Assembly (NCBI GenBank): GCA_028534125.1
Contig: CM052817.1
Location: 44,828,001-44,892,000, forward strand
Origin: Lama glama
Lineage: Eukaryota
Direction: 5' to 3'
DNA: 64,000 nucleotides
Of the stretch, positions 61,151 through 64,000 are shown piece by piece; position 1 is the first letter of the stretch; the number at the start of each line of letters is the position of its first letter. Below the pieces are notes generated by a model, which saw only the letters and a list, made by a program, of their open reading frames with translations, had not been told where the DNA came from and made no database searches. A program made the translations under genes and the position numbers.

Positions 61151-63582
61151 TTCTTGTATAGTAATTTTTCCATTGTTGGGTGCTGGTAGCTCCAGAATTT
61201 TGTGACCACTGTCGTGGTTATAATGCCTCCACATCCCTTGTTAATGCTACCTGGTCTAACCTTATTCAGTATGCTTCACTCACCAGACTGTGTGCTCAAA
61301 ATGCATAAGTACTATTTCATGTTGTTTTCCTCCATGCACCGCATCCTCAAGAGACAAAAAGAGTTCGGAATGCAGGGTAAAATACTAAAACTCATTCAGT
61401 ACCATTCAAATGCACCTAATTTCCTCTTTTGAAAAGGGACATTAGTGTTTCTTCCTAATCTTTAGTTCATAATTCCTCCAGGAAATAATTTAGTCTTCTG
61501 ATGACTTTCATACAGGTTAGGAATTAAGCAGGGACGGGGTTGGGTGGGGTGAGATGTGCAGTGGGGTGGTACCTGTGAGTTGATAGTGATAAACACCTGA
61601 GGATATTTTTACTATTCTTTTGTGAATTGAGAGAATGCATAAATAATGTTGGTGAGGACAAGTACAGATATTTCATATATAGAATAGAATGCTAATTATG
61701 ACATTTGTGAATAGTTTGTTATTTTTTCAGTCAAACTGATCTTGACGTGGAAAGGCATTTCTGGGAGAATGTAATCAGTGACTGGTATTTTTTCTTCCCT
61801 CAATCACCCTTACCAAATATGACTGTATTAATTAGAATACGCTTGAGTGATTATTTGTAAAGTTACTTATGAACATAGGAAATTCATCTATCCACAGCAT
61901 AAGTTACAATTAAATTTCAGGAAGTCTGACTACACTAAAGAGACATTTCTTCCGGGACACTCTTCTTGGTAACTTTCGAGTTGTTTTTATAAGTTGTTAT
62001 TCTTTCCTCAGATTCAGTTTGTTCTGATATTTTGTGGCTCACTGAATAGAAAAAAAAATGTGCCCTGTACTTCCTGTGACAGTCATTCTGCTGACAGAGT
62101 GACAGGGTTGTTTTAAAATACTGCACAGGAAGTGCTTTTAAGAAAAGTTCCTTGGGACCAGAAGCAGAGCCACCTCTCTTCAGACCTCTTAGCTTTCAGC
62201 GTAACCCAAATCAGAGGATTGGGAACCATGATGTCACAGAATTCAAGCATATTTAAGGGCATTGTATTTGATTCTTAATGTTCATTATTCATTTTTGATT
62301 GAGAAACCTGTACAGTTATCTGGCAAAGGGCACAGAGAATTTCTTAACCACTGAATCATTCTACAGGATTTTTTGTTTAAAAATTGGATTTCAGTACAAG
62401 CAAATGAATGAAAAAGGCCACAGATTTTACAAACATAGCTTCTGATCCCTCTGGGGAGGTAATAAATCACTTTAGTTTCCTTGCCCCAATTTTCCCACTC
62501 TCTACACTAAGGCAATATGTAATATGTTTCCCTTTTTGAAGGAACAATTCAGTAAAGTCTCAATTTCTCTATAAATTAAGATAAAACCTATAGATACCCG
62601 AAATCACCAAAGTGTGAAAAGCTAAATTGAAAATATTTTATCTTCAATAATGCCAAATATCTGTATTTTAAAAATTTATCAATATTTAATGAGGTAATTG
62701 GCATATCTTATTCTTGTTTGTATCCACTTATTAACACTAATGAAACTAGTAAGTCAGTGCATTCTCATTGGTTCATTCCATTACCAGGATATAATCATCT
62801 GTGAGGCAGTCATTTTTAAATACTATGAATGATAATATAGCAGTTAGTGATGTACACCTTTAGAATGAATGCGTACGGCCAGGGAGACTGAAAACATTGT
62901 TTCCATGTGATTCTTAATAGTTACTTGGCTTAAAATATCACTTTTGATATTTTCCTTCTGAAAAGTCTGTGGCAAAAGCATACACTGCAGTCAAGGTTAT
63001 AGGTTGCTTAAGAAGAATGAATGTACCTATTTGGTTTTAGTTTAAAAATAACAAACTGTTCCTCATGCTAGTTTTCTTAGAGCCGTTATCCTGGAAAGGC
63101 CCCCAAAGTCTTTGAGATTGTCACAGTCATAGAATACAGCGTCCTCTACTGTGATACTCAATTTAGGGAGAAACCAAACTGAGAGAGGTTGCCTCGCTTC
63201 TCTCAAGGAAACTAGGGAAGCTGACACAGGACAGGAAGTGGGCTTTGCCACTTTCAGCTCCAGGCTTTTCCCACTAGACTTTACTTCCTCATGTTCTAGA
63301 AAGATCACTTATGGTCAGGGGGAGCAAGTGCTATATGACTAACTTTTATTGGGGTTTTTACTTACAGGAGGCTAACTTTTTAATTTCAATTGCTTAAGAT
63401 ACAAGTTCTGCAAAAGGTGACCTTCATCCTCAGCCCTCTGGGCATTGTCACTGGGATTAATTGCTTGTGGCTGTTAAAGAGAATACCCACCAGAATATTC
63501 TTCATGTAGTTTATATGGCTGGTCCTTTCATGTGATTCTTGATATGTTTATTTCTATCCTTAATGCAATGAAATACTTCACT

Positions 63583-63588
63583 AATAAA
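63583..63588 (+). terminator. Candidate distal polyadenylation signal AATAAA (end of a ~2.7 kb 3' UTR)
   Basis: AATAAA at the end of a long AU-rich, repeat-poor tract, followed by GU-rich ttgtatgttatgt; base composition changes beyond it. Confidence 0.7.
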
Positions 63589-64000
63589 AAAGCAGTTTCT
63601 ATGAAATTGTACTGGAAATTGTATGTTATGTCATCAGATGTTCAGTTGTCTATGGAGTTCCATTTGAAAGGTGGTCTCTACCCTCCTGATGGATGTAGTC
63701 CTGAGTTACACCTCTTGGGCCACATCTGATTTCAGCTCAGGTGTGGTGGACAGTTATTGGTAGCCTGACAAGCCCCAGACTTTTCTTTTCTGCCTCCGGG
63801 TTTTCTCCAGGGCCCTGGAAGCCCCTCAGGAGCATCGAGGGGTTAATACTCCCAGGAACTGATGCTCAACCAAAGTGGGCAGAAGTCAGCCAGTAAGTGT
63901 TCCAGTCCTCAGAGGGACAATTCTCAGGCTCATTCTACTTGGTGCCTCAGGTGCGGTTGCCCACAGTGGGAACTGCTTCCTGTTACCGTTTCTTCATTCT

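Larger units (their letters stand above)
1..63610 (+). other. SCARB2: SCARB2/LIMP-2 gene, 5'-partial (intron 1 through 3' UTR; exon 1 lies upstream of the window)
   Basis: Eleven GT-AG exons splice in phase into a LIMP-2 protein ending ...GTADERAPLIRT*. The 1320 coding nt here plus the 117-nt first coding exon expected from the human gene give 478 aa. The 3' end is inferred from the distal AATAAA. Confidence 0.97.

Noticed and set aside
1..64000. A novel prokaryote-type system (CRISPR array, defence operon, retron etc.)
   Set aside because: The DNA is a spliced mammalian gene with mammalian repeats; there are no regularly spaced repeat-spacer units or dense ORFs.

Overview
Mammalian genomic DNA, very probably a camelid (camel/alpaca/vicuna), judged from several tRNA-derived SINEs that resemble the camelid Vic-1 family. 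The window holds most of SCARB2 (LIMP-2, CD36-family lysosomal receptor for beta-glucocerebrosidase) on the + strand: the end of intron 1, coding exons 2-12 (158/148/189/92/120/170/119/74/52/159/39 nt, all GT-AG and in phase, 1320 nt) and a ~2.7 kb 3' UTR. Exon 1 is upstream of the window. The introns are packed with transposon relics (L1, L2, MIR, MLT1/MLT2, hAT MERs, SINEs, ERV1-type LTRs). I found no prokaryotic system, no CRISPR array and no second protein-coding gene, and I cannot support a wholly new biological system here. Best leads: (i) both histidines proposed as LIMP-2 pH sensors (human H150, H171) are replaced; (ii) a 5.6 kb two-LTR, non-coding ERV1-type provirus with a tRNA-Arg PBS, nested inside a MER33 and itself invaded by L1s; (iii) a patch of AT-to-GC-shifted, CpG-rich sequence suggesting GC-biased gene conversion; (iv) a weak exon-11 donor whose read-through would remove the lysosomal dileucine signal; (v) a rearranged, probably twin-primed L1 cluster. 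Repeat family names and human residue numbers come from my recall of consensus and reference sequences, not from a search. Repeat boundaries are approximate unless TSDs are given.
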